DNA of 64,000 nt, taken from contig JANJGN010000126.1 of NCBI GenBank assembly GCA_026770705.1, forward strand, positions 496,001 to 560,000. The letters run 5' to 3'. This document shows positions 10,950 through 24,894 of the stretch, in pieces (position 1 is the stretch's first letter; every line of letters starts with the position of its first letter). Source of the stretch: Isurus oxyrinchus (Eukaryota). The position numbers were made by a program, and so were the translations under genes. The notes under the pieces are model-generated. The model saw nothing but the letters and a program-made list of their open reading frames with translations. It did no database searches and was not told where the DNA came from.

Positions 10950-11865
10950 ATTGAAAATAGGAGTACGATTACTCCTTCGGAGCCCTTCGAGCTTGCTCCG
11001 CCATTCAGTTTGATGATGGCTGATCCTCTATCTGAACGCCTTAGACCGGCTCTCTCCCCACACCCCTTGATGCGTTTGAAGGCTAGTGGTCTATTTATTT
11101 ACTTCTTAAATATATCCAGTGACTTGACCTCCAAAGCCTTCTGTGTTAGAGAATTCCAAATGTTCGCCACCTTTTGATTGAAGACGTTTCTCCACATCTC
11201 AGTCCTAAATGGTCTAACCCGTATCCTGAGTCTGTGACCCCTTGTTCTAGACGCCCGAGCCAGAGGAATTATCATCCCCGCATCCAGTCTGTACATTCCT
11301 GTCAGAGTTTCATATGTTCCAATGCGATCGCCTCTCATTTTTCTGTTCTCCAATGAATAAAGGCCTAGCCGGCCCAAGCTCTCCTCAAACTATAATTCTG
11401 CCAGGCCAGAAAACAGCCTGATGAACCTTGGCTGAACTCCCTCTACGGTAGGTGTATCCTTTCTTAGGTAAGGGGACCAGAAGTGCAAACGCTACTCCAG
11501 GTGTGATCTCACAATGACCATGCACAGCTGCAGTAAGACATCTTTGCTCCTGCACTCAAATCCTCTCGCAATAAAGGTCAACGTGCCATTTACGTCCTTA
11601 ACTGGTTGCTTTCAGTGATTGCTGCACAAGGACATCCCAGTCCCTTTGCACATCAACATTTCCCAATTTATCACCATTAAATAATATTCTGCCAATCTGC
11701 TTTTCCTGACATAGTGGATAACTTCACACTTACTTTCCCACTCACTCAACCTGTGTAACTCGACTTGAAGCCTCTGAACACTCACCTCTTCATGCACATC
11801 CTCACCAAGTTTCGTGTCATCAGCAAATTGGAAATATTGCCTTTTGTTGCGTCATGCAAATCATT

Positions 11866-11934
<69 letters not shown>

Positions 11935-13520
11935 AAGTGCTCGGGCCCAAGCACTGATCCCTGTTAGTCCACTCGTCACTGCCTGCCCCTCCAAAGAAGA
12001 CCCAATTATTCCTGCTCTCTTTCCTGTCTTTAATTTTACACGCTTACTTTGGGTCTTTGTCAAAGGCTTTCTGATAATCCAACTACAGCACAGCCACTGG
12101 TTCTCCCTTATCCTTTTTGCAGATTACGTCCTTAAAAACTCCAGTAGGTTTGTTAAAAATGATTTCCTTTGATAGATACATGTTAGCTTTGTCTCAACCC
12201 ATTGATATGTTTAAAGAGTCCTGTTATCACATACTCTACAATAGACTCTAGCATTTTCCCTACTATGGAGGTTCGGCTAACAGGTCTGCAATTCGCTGTT
12301 TTCTCCCTCACTCCTTTTCAAAATAGCGGGGTTATAATTAACACCCTGCAATCTGCCGGGACTGTTGCAGAATCTACATAATTTTGGAAGATGACAACCA
12401 CTACACTCACTATTTACATGGCCACCTCCTTTAGTAGCCCAAGACGTATATTATCAGGCCTTGCGGATTGATTGGCTTTCAGTCCGATTAATTTCTCCAG
12501 CACAATTGTGTTAGTAACATTAATTTCGTTGAATTCTTGCTTCTCAATGGACCCGAGATTCCATCGTATTTCTGTGAAGTTATTTATGTCTCCCTACGTG
12601 AAGACCGAGCTAAAGTAATTGTTCTGTTATAAATTCTCCCGTTTCAGACTGTAAGGTTTTTTAAAAAATATTTATAGATGCTGTTAATGACCGCTTTTAT
12701 GTTATTTGCAAATTTACCCTCACCCAATATTTTCCCCCCTTATTCGAATTCTTGGTCGGCCTTTGCTGAGTTCCAAACTGTTCCCAATCGTTAGGCTTGT
12801 TAAATTTTCTAGCAACTTCATACGACTCCTCTTTGGATCTAAAGCTATCCTTAATTTATTCTTTTTACCCATGGTTGGGCCGCTTTTACTGTCTTGTTCT
12901 TTTGGGCCAGAAAAGAAAGTATAACATTTGAAATGTATGGACTCGTTCCCTAATCATTGGACGTTGTCTACACACCATCTTTCCTTTTAATAAAGTACTC
13001 CAATCGATCTTAGCCAACTCAAATCTCCTAAATTTGTCGATTCCTTTGTAAGATTTAGCACCCTCGTTTCAGACCAGACTACTTCACTTTCCATTCCAAT
13101 GAAGAATTCCATCATGTTATGGTCACTGTTCCCCAAAGGACCCCACACAACAAGATTATTAATTTAATGCTTCTCATTTCACTATACCAAATCTCGGATA
13201 GCCTGATCCCCAATCCATTCCTCGACATACGAGTCCAAAAAAAAACATTTCGTACACACTACAGGAATCCATTCACAATTTTATTATTGCTAATTTGGTT
13301 TGCACACTCTATATGTAGTTAAAAGTCACTCATGATTTCTGTAGCACCCTTGTTACATGCACCTACAAGTTCCTGTTTTATGCCATCCCCTATGTCGACA
13401 CTGCTGTCTGGATGTCTAAAGATAAGTGATCTTTTCCACTCATTGTTGCTTCTTAGCTCCACCCAGGTTGCATCTACATCTAGATTTTCCGAGCCAATAT
13501 CCCTCTCTCACTCTGGAACT
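10950..13520 (-). mobile_element. CR1 LINE, ~2.6 kb decayed (endonuclease to RT to 3' UTR)
   Basis: RLGLYSLENRKMRGD..RTRGHRLRIR, YINDL and KCEVIHY motifs; CR1 3' UTR near 10955. Confidence 0.9.
11866..11931. repeat. (TA)n microsatellite inside the CR1 RT remnant
   Basis: Direct reading. Confidence 0.95.
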
Positions 13521-13529
13521 GATTTAATC

Positions 13530-13930
13530 GACATGGTTTCCTTCAAGGATGAAATGCTCAATTTATGTATGATTGTTTTCCACAAAGACGGGACCTGCTG
13601 GTCCATAATGAGTGTGAAATGACTCAGGTCTGCACAGTAAGTCTCAATGTGCAAATGTCATTTCTCGACACCGGTGTTCAAAGGGGACTGGTTCAGTTAT
13701 ACACAGTTACTGCCGGCGTGGGCTGCTTCAGTTCAACCTCATTAGCTTCAATGTTAACAATCTCAATTCATCAGTATTGCAAGCAATGAGAACACCTTAA
13801 AATCATCGTAGTTAGGTTTAGTGTGCACATTGCTACTTCAGTACGGTTACATTCAGTGTGTGCAGGTCCAGTTGTGAGCAATATCTACCACTCTGGACTC
13901 TTTTTCAGCAGTACTATATGCTTATAGCGA
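13530..13930. repeat. Degenerate ~35-bp minisatellite, right part (array split by CR1)
   Basis: ttcagtt anchors at 13692 and 13727; same unit type as 10380-10930. Confidence 0.5.
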
Positions 13931-14097
13931 CAATGAACAGTATTTTGTGATTCTAACCTGTATCAAGGGATCCAGGTGTACAGAATGTATTCAGGAAGGA
14001 TACAGCAGAATGTTACCAATTCCAGGATGAGGACGTCAAACATCTTCCCCTTGAAATTTAATGTAATTGCAGTAGTCGAACTCCCTATGTCAACATT

Positions 14098-14425
14098 CGG
14101 GGCAGCGTGATAGGGTGATCCTGAGGCCGAGGCACATACCTTTGTGACATTGTTTTAAATCATAACATGGCAGCTAATTAAATTAATGCGACTAGAGTAT
14201 CAAGCTCGTCTCGGTAACTGTGCCCACGAAAATGGTCTTCGATTGTTGCGAACACCTATCGGCTTCACTAATGTCCTGTAGGGAAGACAATGTGCCGTCC
14301 TTACCCGATTTGACCTATATGTGGCTGCAGACCCACAGTAAAATGTCTGCCTCTTAACTGCGCTCAAATTGACAACAAATGTGGCCTTCTGCACGATGCC
14401 CACATTCCAAGAAAAAATGAATCAA
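14098..14425 (+). mobile_element. tRNA-derived SINE (same family as 2293)
   Basis: 'ttcactaatgtcctgtagggaagacaatgtgccgtccttacc..cttaactgc..cccacattcc'. Confidence 0.7.
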
Positions 14426-14479
14426 CTTATCAGGTATTCTGTAACTGCACCTTCCAAACTTCGGGTTTTACTGTCTTGG

Positions 14480-14730
14480 GAAACAAAGGTAACAGGCACG
14501 TGGAAACACCAGCAGCTGCCTCTCACTCACGCTCGAAACTTGAAAATAGTTTTCATCACTTGGTCAAACTGTGAAACTTCCTGCCTACTAGCATTATGGA
14601 TGAAGATAGCGCACATGGACTGAAGGGGCTCAAAAAGGCAGCTGACCACGAAATTCTAAAGAAAATTAGCAATTCGCAATAAAGATTGACCTTGCCACCC
14701 AGGGCTATATCGCAGGGATAAATAAAAAAT
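14480..14730 (+). mobile_element. L2-like LINE 3' tail fragment
   Basis: 'cacatggactgaaggggctcaaaaaggcagctgaccac' matches the 63700 region. Confidence 0.6.
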
Positions 14731-15559
14731 GGTGGTATCAGTATTGAGTGGAGACAATATTTCAGTCCTAGTAAGAATTTCCTCCTCATATCAAACACAT
14801 AACCCAACTGCTGGGAGCTGATAAATCGCACTTGAGCTGCCACACTACCTGGGATGTTCCATCACTCGCAGAACAGTGGGAAGGTGAGAGGAGTTTACTT
14901 TGTAAAGAGTTAAAAAGAATAATTCAAAATGCATTGCAAACAGGAATATGAAACTGTTAATCACGCCACATATTGTGGTAGATTTCAATTATCGTTAGAA
15001 TATCATATTCCCCTCTGACCAACCTTTGTACTTTTACACACATGCACTCCGATACTTTTGTGTATGTTTCAGTATTAGTAGATTACTTGGTCAACGCACA
15101 GTCCATGGCAACATGGTTTTGCTCAATGTGACCGAAGCTATGGGCAAAAATAGAATATTTTTAATTTATATAAAGCCCCTCCAAGCCAAATTGCTCCACA
15201 TGATGTTTCTTGCATCCACCTGAGATCGTGAAAATGGCTTAAGTTTTAGATGCCACCCGACTGGCTGAACTTCAATCAGCGCAGTTCTCCATTAATACTG
15301 CAATGAACTATTATTCATTTCAGATTTATGCTCATGCCCCGAGGAAATCGACCCCACACCACATTCTCTAAATTTTCCACCACTTAAGTAGCCAACGTTT
15401 CAGGGAAGGACAGGGAAAACGTTACAAAGATACCACGAAGCGCTTCTTGAAGCACAGCGCCTTTCACATGAATGGCTTTCGACCAACCATTAACAAAAAT
15501 GGCGAGACTTTCCATCACTTTTCTTGTAATGCAATGTAGACTAATGTGGCGATAGTTGA

Positions 15560-16700
15560 CCGGACTGGATTTTTCCTTCCTTCTCTGGACAGGTCATATT
15601 TGGGCAGCTTCCAATTATTTGAGTCATTGCCAGCTTTCTAAGATGTACTGGAGTCGGAAATTGAGTCGGCTCGTTTTGAAGCACTAATCTTCAATTCTAC
15701 ACCCGGCTCTTTTTTCGGGCCCATTGCCTTTGTGGCATTTGTTGTACTCAATTGTCTTTAATATTAACTGGAATCAATCGAATTGGGTGAGGACGATAGA
15801 GACCTCAGGAGGAGTCTGAGATGGATCTTCCACTCGGGAGTTCTGGCTAAAAGTGGATTAAAGTCCTTCTGCCATCTCTTTTTGCCCCGATATGCTGGAC
15901 TCCCCCATCTTTAGGGTTAGGGATATTTGTGGAATATCCTCTTTCTCTTTATTATTCTATTGCCCACCGCTATTCATGATTGGATGTGGAAGGATTGCAG
16001 ATCTTTGGTTTGACCAATTGTTTGTGGAATATTTTAGTGCTGTCAGTCACATGCTTTTTCAGTTGCTTGGCATGCCAAGGTTTCTGTTTTTTTTTACTTC
16101 ACCAGGTCGGAACCTCCTTTTTCTGTCCCTTGTGCCCCTGGCATGCTGTTCTACACCAATCACTTTGTCAGAATTGATCCCTTCATCTGTTGGTAATGTC
16201 AAAGTGAGGGATATAAGGGGCCATGAGTTTACAAACTAAGATTTGATACAATGCTACAGCTGCTGATGGCTCACTGCACCTAAGGGAAATCCGGCTTTGA
16301 TTTTCTTGATTTGATTTAGCACAATGGTAGCGCCACACAGCACGACAATGTGATGGTTTTCATGTTTATACAGATGTGTACTGGAGGCTTCTCCCAATAC
16401 TATGGTGGACAGGTGCATCTGCTACAGGTAGTTTACTTATGATCAGGTAACGTGTGTTCTTCCCTATTTTTGGCTCCCTCACCACCTACTACAGGCAAAA
16501 TCTAGTAGGTGTTTCCTTGGGCATGCAGCCAGGTCAATATATATCGCTGCTTCGGAGACACACTTGGTGATGGACACTGAAGCCCCCTGAGTTCAATCTG
16601 CAACTCTTAGTCTTTCTTACAAGTGGCGCTCAACATGGAGCAGTACTAATTCATCATGGAAGTGTGGGAAGCGGAGCGGTTGGTCATGTGGGTTGGGGGG
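15560..16700 (-). mobile_element. Decayed L2-like LINE internal fragments
   Basis: Patchy similarity to LINE ORF2 on the minus strand; no intact frame. Confidence 0.45.
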
Positions 16701-16949
16701 GAGCGAATCAATTTTAGGCACTTGTTCAGTAGGGACAGTGTGCAAAACAACAGAGCTGTGACCAGTAATGTTGCACAGCTAGTGTAGTTGCTAATAATTT
16801 AAACTAAATTGGCCAAGCCTGTGCTCACCCAATTACTGAAATAAAAGCGAGAAACAACATGAAGAAGGCAATGCTAGTTTTAGATCAAACTTGAAACGCA
16901 ACATTTAACCTATTTCATAGGCAATACTACGAGGACTCTGACATACCTG

Positions 16950-17830
16950 AATGTTGGAAAGAGGTAGGAAGACGAGTTCCAATTTCAAAAGTCTACAGCA
17001 GCTGAATCAAAGTGGCAGATGGGACCTAACCCAGGAAATGCTAGATTTAGTAAAATGGCCAGTGAGGAACAATTTCCATTTAATGTTAAGGTTCTAAACA
17101 GTGCGCAAGGACAGAGGGACCTGAGGGTCCATGTGAATTGATATTCGAAGGTGCCATGACATGTTGAAAGTATCGTTACAACAGGCTTTGGAATTTTCGA
17201 GTACATAAATCGAGAAATTGAGCATAAATACGAGGAAGCTGTGCTGAAACAATTTACACTCTGGTTAGACCACAATTAAATTGCTGTGTCCGCTTCTGGT
17301 CACCATGCACCAGATAAAATGTTTGTGTCCTTTATGCAGTGTAGAGGAGATTTACTGGAATGTTAAGAGGGATGCAGCGCCTTGGCAGCAATATTCGGTG
17401 AGTGGAACTTGGGTTGTTCTCATCGGAGGAAACAGAATTGATGAGATGTTTGGTAGAAACTTCCTAGATTAAACGGGTTGAGATAAGGTAGATAGCAGAA
17501 AATATGTTCCCAGTTACCGATCGTAAAGTTGCTTGGGTGCAACGTTTTAAGGACCGTGCGAAACATGCTGGCAGCACGTGATGAACAAAGGTGTTTATGT
17601 AGCGAGTGTTCATGACCTCAAAGTGCTGCCTACAATTGTGGTGGAAATGGAGATGACTCGTGAATTCAAATGGTAATGTGATAGCTACTTAACGGAAATA
17701 AACGTGAAGGGCCACTGAGATAAAATGGGGAGGAGGAGACTGACTGAATTGTGCTTTAGAGATCCTGAATGATTGCGAAGGACTGAATGAATTCCTTCTG
17801 TCTCCAAATGTCCTGGTGACGTTATGATAT
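16950..17830 (+). mobile_element. CR1 LINE 3' fragment
   Basis: aagtggcagatg..cagagggacctgagggtccatgtg..ctggttagaccaca..gcagtgtagaggagatttactggaatg, collinear with other CR1 copies. Confidence 0.75.
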
Positions 17831-19939
17831 GAGGATTACCCAATGTGAACGTACGAATGCAGAAAGCCAAATTGTTCACAGTGCGTTACTCTATCACCGT
17901 GGCCCTGTATCATCACAAAACAATTTTGTCGGCCCTGCCCTCTCACTACAGGCCTGAATGCATCGAAAATCATTCACTGTTCCGTCCATGTCCCTATAGT
18001 AAAATAATCCTTGAAATTCACACATTGCTGCCTTTTCACTCCAGCCCTGTATAAATCCAAGGGGCATTCATACTGCTCAGCTCTTTAATTACATGCCTGT
18101 CTCAGATCAAAACATTTCACATTGCCTAGCAATTCGCTTCAACATGGTACGAACCTGGAACAATTCACTCTACCCTTTTTTCTAAGTGTAAGCCTCTGGC
18201 AATCCGAAATATTTCACACTTATCTTTTTTTTTCTCACAATAAGACTGTACCAATCCAAAATAATTCACCATTTTCTTTCTTCTCACTATAGGCTAATAT
18301 CAATCCAAAAGAATTGGCACTGCCCGTCATTCGCATTGTAGCACAGTATTCATTCAAAAATATTCCCATGACCCTGCTCTCTCATTATAGCCAAGTATCG
18401 ATCCTAATCAATTATTACTCCCTATAGCCTTTTCGAAATGTAACATTGATCCGACTGCTTTACTCCCCCACCGCCACTCCCCGCCCCCAACAATTGCTCT
18501 GTACGAATTCAAAACAACTCAGACAGCTCCTCGGAGTTGTCGAACCAGCAAAATTATGCCAGGGTAGAATATTACTACAGGTATACTACAGTAAGAAAAA
18601 ACTCTTTAACAGTTTACCACAATACGCACTTAGGAAGCAAACTTATGATTTCTACGATATTGTTACTTATATGTGGGTTCGTGAGGATTTCAGTATGAGG
18701 CTACAACTCATATGTATATCAATACTATATCACCGAATATAACCTAGCAATGCTATGCAAGAAAGCATAAGATTATAAATCCACTTTATTGAACAATCTG
18801 GATATTCAAACAAATATTGATTTGAAGAAGTTATTCTTAAAATCCAGTATAATTTCTTAATCGTATAGTGTACATTTGTCTTAGCTTTTCAACGGAATTC
18901 TCTCATAACTCAATCCTTTGTATCCTAAAGATGGCTGAGCTATGTCTCTGTAGTTTTGTGTCTGGGTAATGGCTTTTACAGGGACATGCGTCTTGTCTCT
19001 GTAGCTTACTGTACTATCTGGCATGGTTCATTGTATTCTATATTTTTTTCCAAAATTAGTTCTTATCAACATTTGCTTAACTGTGAATCCTTGAGGGTCA
19101 GATGTTTACTATTAGCTTCTACCGGTTTTTGGCTGCGCTCCAAGGGCAAGACATTCAAGATTGACTTATATTTTCCAAGGCGTGCTGTTTCTTGTGTTCA
19201 CAGGAATTTTGACAATGATACAGATGCTGCATAATATAGTTTAATTTGTACTTCAATATTGTAATTTACACCTCAATTTTTTCATTAAACGGGTCATTTA
19301 TTTTACATGCATAGATGTTCATTTACATTGATATCGATGTAAATTTAAGTCACGATGCCTGCGGTGTGTACAAAGCTCATCTAATTTGTTGATGGATAAT
19401 GTGAATACAGTGCAATTGACAGGGGATGCCAGCTGATTCACAGGATTTGTATGTGGGCCTCAGTTTTTCATCGCATTTAGAAGGATCAAAATGAAGCAAC
19501 AGTAAGTTTGTATCCAAATTGCTGCCGAAAATAAGTCATGTGGTACACTAAATAGTTTAGAGAAGAACGGAACATTGCGAAGGGCTGTTGTTGGATAACT
19601 GAATGAGCAAACTGTGGGAGAAGGAATACCATTTGGGGAAGGGTGTGTTTCTCTGGCGCTTTAAGCTTAACCATTGCACATCACCATATTTTCTAATTAG
19701 GGTGAAACTACAAATGATAGTGGTAAGTATTTTCCATGTTTTTGTTTACCCGCCACATGTTTATTGGTGTTCGATTAACAATGCGTAAATTTAACATCAA
19801 GCATTGCAGTCGATGAACTGTGATGACCACCATTTTTAACTCCGTTGCTGCGGTTAACAGTTGCATTCAATTCTCCTTAGTTGTCAAGGCTGTGTGATAC
19901 CCTTCGGAACCGGAATTCATTATACTCGTAGCCATTTTA

Positions 19940-20260
19940 TTTAGCTGAGCTAAATTTGGAAATGTCATTGTTCGTTCGGAAAGCCCTGGGTTTGTTCCCT
20001 ACTTCCGATCGCGTGTCTGTAGCCCAGCTCCATGCCGCTGAGATAGTCCAGCACTTTCTACTCTGTCGTCCTTCTGACGAGGCTCTAAACCGAAGTCTTT
20101 CTGCTTTATCAGTTGAAAATCCTCACTACTGCTGCGAGACCTAATCTCCCACTACAGCAATCACTGAACTGAAAAAAAAGCCCTTGATGCGCTTTGACTT
20201 GTTTCCACAGCGGCAAAACCCAAATCGAATCAATGGTGTTCGCTGAAATTTTCTTTTTCA
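19940..20260 (+). mobile_element. DeuSINE-like (SacSINE1/AmnSINE-type) remnant; second copy ~21850-22160
   Basis: 'gacgaggctctaaaccgaagtc' and 'gatgagactctaaacggagg' resemble the Deu-domain core. Confidence 0.45.
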
Positions 20261-20714
20261 TCGTACCTTGGTTCCTTCTGATACTTATTAGGAATTCGTT
20301 ATTACCCATACCATATTTCCTGTCATTAGATTGGTTTCATTATTATAGTGGTTTAAGGTTTCATAACGTTATTATTTACTTATTTTAAATGAATAAATGC
20401 GTTGAGATTTTATATGTATTTTTATGCCATTTTCAGGTTGTCCTTTTGTCAATTTAATACGTTAGTGAAGATCAATTCCTTTTACTTCTAGATTAAATAA
20501 AATTTACAGGAATCGGAAAGTAAGTGCTTTGTGTCATTTTATATTCCGACTTCCACTTTATCTGGGACAATATAAACAAAAAATGGACCAGCATTTATAC
20601 ATTGGTAAACAAATCAGTTCCAGCGTTGAATAAAATATTGATGGTCCATGTGCCACACCATTCTCCCGCCAAACGGATGTTGTAGCTGGGAGATTCAGCA
20701 CTAATGCTTCCCTA

Positions 20715-20747
<33 letters not shown>

Positions 20748-20756
20748 AGCTTAGAG

Positions 20757-20912
20757 CTAACTTTCTGACTACCGTGAAACGTTCCCGAAGAAGATGTGGT
20801 CTTTCTAAATACTCAGTGTCCATGGCGGTGATAGATCTCCTTGTTATTTTCATTACACTGGTATTGAGCTGGTTTACGGCTATTTATTTTACAGTCATTT
20901 TCTGAATCACTC
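20757..20912 (+). pseudogene. GPCR fragment F (truncated exon 2, TM1-ECL1)
   Basis: (CT)n..AG|CT AAC TTT CTG..SRRRCGLSK..SMAVIDLLVI..AIYF, then breaks at the duplication junction. Confidence 0.8.
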
Positions 20913-22663
20913 AAAATACGAAACAGAAACATTCTGAATCTGAATTCATTGTATTCTACGTATTTTTTTTCCGGAATTAGGTCTTTTCCATCTTTTTTTT
21001 AACTGTGAAGCCTTGAGGGTCAGATGTCTACTGTTTAGCTTCTCCGGATGTTTGGCTGCAACAGCAAAGAATTAAAGATTGCTTTATGTGTTCCCGCGAT
21101 TTCTGTGTCTTGTGTTCAAGGACTTTTTGGCAATGATACAAATGCTGCACAATGTAGCTTAATTGTTACTTCAATAATGTCATTAACACCTGAATTTCTT
21201 AGTTAAACAGGTCGTTTACTTTACATGCCTAGATATTAATTTACATTGATATCGAATTAAATTTAAATAGCGATGGCTGTGGTGTGTACAAAGCTCATGT
21301 AATTTGTTGATGGATAATGTGAATTCATTTCAATTGACAGGGGATGACAGTTGATTCGCAAGATTTGTATTTGGGTCTCAGCTTTTCACCGCATTTAGAA
21401 GGTTCGAAATGAAGCAATAGTAAGTTTCGTATCCAAATTGCTGCCGAAAATAAGCCATGTGGCACAGTAACTATTTTAGATAAGAAGAGGACATTGCGAA
21501 GGGTTGTTGTTGGATAACTGAATGAGCAAACTGTGGAAGAAGGAATATAATTTGTGGGAGGGAGATTTTTTTTGTGGCGCTTTGAGCTCAACCATTACAG
21601 ATCAGCATATTTTCTAATTGGCGCGAAACTATAAATGATAGTGGTATGTATTTATCCGTATTTCTGTTTACCCTCCACATGTTTATTCGTAAATTTATCA
21701 AATAGTTGCAATCGATGAACAGTTACCAAGACTTTTTTTTAACTCTGTTGCTAATGTTAGTTGCTCCATTCAGTTCTCCTAAGATGCATTTTGTTGTCAA
21801 GGCTGTGTAATACTCATCGGAGCCAGTATTTATTATTCTCACAGCCACTTTATTTCGGGGATCTAAATTTTGAAATATCAGTGTTCAAGCCCTGGGTTTG
21901 AGCCCTACTCCCGATCGCGAGTCCCTAATCTAGCTGCATACTCCTGAGGAAGGACAGCACTATCTGCTCTGTCGCTCTTTTGATGAGACTCTAAACGGAG
22001 GTATTTCTGCTTCTTCAATTAAAAATCTTCACTAATAATACGAGACCTAATCTCCCACTACAGCAATCATTGAGCTGCAAAAAAAAAAAACCGCTGATGC
22101 TCTTTGACCCGTTTCCACAGGAACTAAACCCGAATTGAATCAACGGCATTCATTCAACTTTATTTTCCGTCGTCCCGTGGTTCCCTCATTTATTTCTTAG
22201 GAATGAGTTATTTTTCATCTCTTATTTCCTGTCATTCTATTGCTTTAAGTATTATAGCGGTTTAACATTTCATAACGTTATTATTTACCGGATTTTAAAC
22301 GACTAAATATATTGATTTATTATCTGTACGTTATGCCATCTTCAGGCTGCCCTTTTGTCAATTTAATACGTTAGTCTTGTTCAATTCCTGCTACCTCTAG
22401 ATTGCATAAACTTTACAAGAATCAGAAAATAAGTGTTTTGTGTTATTTCATGTTCCAACTTCCAATGTATTTGGGACAATATTAATAAAAAAAATCGCAC
22501 TACATTATTAAATTAATCAGTTCCAGCGTTGAATCAAGTATTCATGATACAAATTCCATACCATTCTCCCCCCAAACTGCAGGTGTAGCTGAGGGTTTCA
22601 GCACTAATTCTGTTCTTCTCACTCTCCTCTTTCTCTCTCTCTCTCTCTCTCTCTGCCTTACAG

Positions 22664-23569
22664 CTAACTTTCTAATGATTGTGATCTTCTCCCCAGGAAC
22701 TTGTGGTTTCTCCTGATGTATCACGCAGTATCTGGTATCCATGGTGGTGACAGAATTCCTTGTCATTAGCATTAGCGTGACAATAAGCCCATTTCCGGCT
22801 GTTTATTTTCCAGTCAGTTTTCTGTCCACCATTCCTCTATGTCGTCTTTGTTGCTTTAAACTCTGGTTCAAAAGGTTGTACTCTCTGGTCAACCTTCAAG
22901 TTCACCTTTTACTGTTCCCTAGCCAATTGTCACCAGGAGCTGAAAATGAAATACTGCAGTTAGAAAACAGCAGCTGGAAATTTAGGAATGATCTGTGTGC
23001 AGTCCTCTTTAATAAACACCCCTTTTTATTTCATATATGAACTTATTTATATGATTAACAACGTAACTCGGTGCTCTATCATAGATGATGCATTTTATAT
23101 TTATTTCCATGGAGAATGTTTGACTGGCTGGACTGTATTCTAACCCCTTGTCTCTCCTTTCTCCTGACTTTGCTGCTCGATATTGAGGCATCCTGAAATA
23201 TTCTACTGGTAAGTAAATCCTGCAGCAGACTCTGATCCCACAGGAATGGAGAGAATATGAGTAAGTCAGAGATGAAGAGCCACAGCAAGTCTATTGTTGT
23301 ACTCTTCTCCATCTCAGGCAGTTTCCTCCAGCTGGCCTTGAAGCATATTGTACGTTTCCTGTTTGCACAAAGTATGGGAAATAGCTGATCTATCAGTTCC
23401 ATTTCCATTGACACAAAATTTATTCTGCAACAAAGCCGATAGTTTTTTAACTCCTTAGACCCTGTAAGGATACATTTATATCTGCAGGGTCCCAGACTAA
23501 ATACAAAGCGGAGCTGAAAAGGGCGTTTAAATACTCTTTCACTCTATTGCCAAATGGCATAAACAGTGA
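22664..23569 (+). pseudogene. GPCR pseudogene E (full-length decayed exon 2; exon 1 not found)
   Basis: Acceptor ttacAG|CT; ANFLMIVIFSPGTCGFS*CITQYLVSM (TGA 22714), YFPVSFLSTIPLC, SIVVLFSISGSF, SAGSQTKYK; several frameshifts. Confidence 0.88.
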
Positions 23570-23599
23570 CAATGGCTGGATATTTATTTGAAGTCATTG

Positions 23600-23835
23600 A
23601 GATCACAAGAGATGAGACTCGGTGTAAGTGTTTCGGCCCAACAATCCAGCTCCAACATACAGTAAGTTCATGACTGATGTGATCCTGGCCTTAACTCCAT
23701 TTTCCTGCCAGACTGAGTAATCATTGGATCTCTTGTCGATCAATAATTTGTATAACTATGCCTTAAATATATTTAGTGCCCCTGCCGTGTCTTGTTTTCT
23801 GGAGAAGACAATTCCAAAGTCTCTGGAACCTCCTC
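23600..23835 (-). mobile_element. CR1 3' end fragment
   Basis: CR1 3' UTR-like 'cggccc..ccagctcc..catgactgat..ggccttaactccattttcctgcc'. Confidence 0.6.
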
Positions 23836-23930
23836 ATCCCCTGGTACTTTGCCTATGAGCCTTCCTTTATCATTAACAATAGACATGGATTTTGTCATGG
23901 AAAATCACAATAAATAAAATCTCTCCGGCC
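23836..23930 (+). pseudogene. GPCR fragment G (ECL2 only)
   Basis: Reads IPWYFAYEPSFIINNRHGFCHGKS, homologous to IPLYFMCEPAFIIDNIPWQCNTKS of gene B. Confidence 0.65.
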
Positions 23931-23939
23931 CAGATCAGT

Positions 23940-24890
23940 CTGCACTGAAAATCATGCTGCAGAACTGTAATTGCACAAATTGAATGTAAGCTCATTGATC
24001 AAGCCATCTGCACACGAAGCATAGCCACTGGGAAGTTAAAATGTTCACGCTGACAGTAACAGTGACCAATTCGGACTGTCCACCACAGAAGCTCATATTA
24101 AAAGTAAGAATGCAGAACTAAATCAATCCAGTCTGAATGCAAATGTCCATGTACACATTCATTAGCACCGAGCAGACTTCAATACGTCTACACAAAACAT
24201 AACTATGCTCAGCCGGTCCTGTCTCTATTGAATACAGCAGTAATGAAATTGAGTATTCTACATGGAAAGTAATCATGCTGAAGTGAAATTTTCCACAGCA
24301 AGAAAGAAACCGTTCACAGCCAGGGATGTGCATATAGTATGTTGTTGTGTTCCACCGGACAAACTTGACGATAACAGGGCTAAAAGTCATCTATGTACAG
24401 TCAGTGTAACAAGATAGAAATTGGCCTGTTCGTACTGCGAGCAGCTGTGTGCAAATTAACCTGAATTCAGTGAATGCAATTTACTGAACTGGACAGTCAT
24501 AATAGCGTGATTTACCCCTAAACAGGTTTTCCACTAAACAGTGATTGCAAGCGGGCTGAACGGGACTCTTTACATGGCATATAACCATGTCGATCAGGAG
24601 TGCTCCACCATTAATTTAATCGTTCTCAACAGGAGGTTATCTTCTCTGAATGTGAGCGCACTGAACTTAGCCTGAAAGCACGAAGCACACACGTCCTGAA
24701 CTGGATCTTGCCACACAAAATATAAATTCACACACGTGTGCACATTCGTTATTGCCGGGATTGACATGGCTACACTAATTGAATTGAACTAGTCCAAATG
24801 GAAGTAACCATGCCAAACTAGGCATGCGCACTGTGAATATAACCGTGCCGAGCTGCACATTTCTACACTGAATATAAATACCCTAAATGG
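23940..24890. repeat. Degenerate ~35-bp minisatellite, opposite orientation to the 10380/13530 array
   Basis: Recurrent 'actgaa(t)ata(a)cc(a/g)tg' and 'gaactgga' units. Confidence 0.5.
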
Positions 24891-24894
24891 AATT

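Larger units (their letters stand above)
19027..22830 (+). repeat. Local tandem duplication, ~1.9-kb unit (intron plus start of GPCR exon 2)
   Basis: 19027-20912 aligns by eye with 20945-22830 (offset ~1910), including CR1 and SINE pieces, a (CT)n acceptor and the exon start. Confidence 0.9.

Noticed and set aside
18930-18972. Possible degenerate exon 1 for GPCR F/E (..gtgtctgg|gtaat)
   Set aside because: Similarity to YYPVLAAIGIP is too weak and no promoter motif is present
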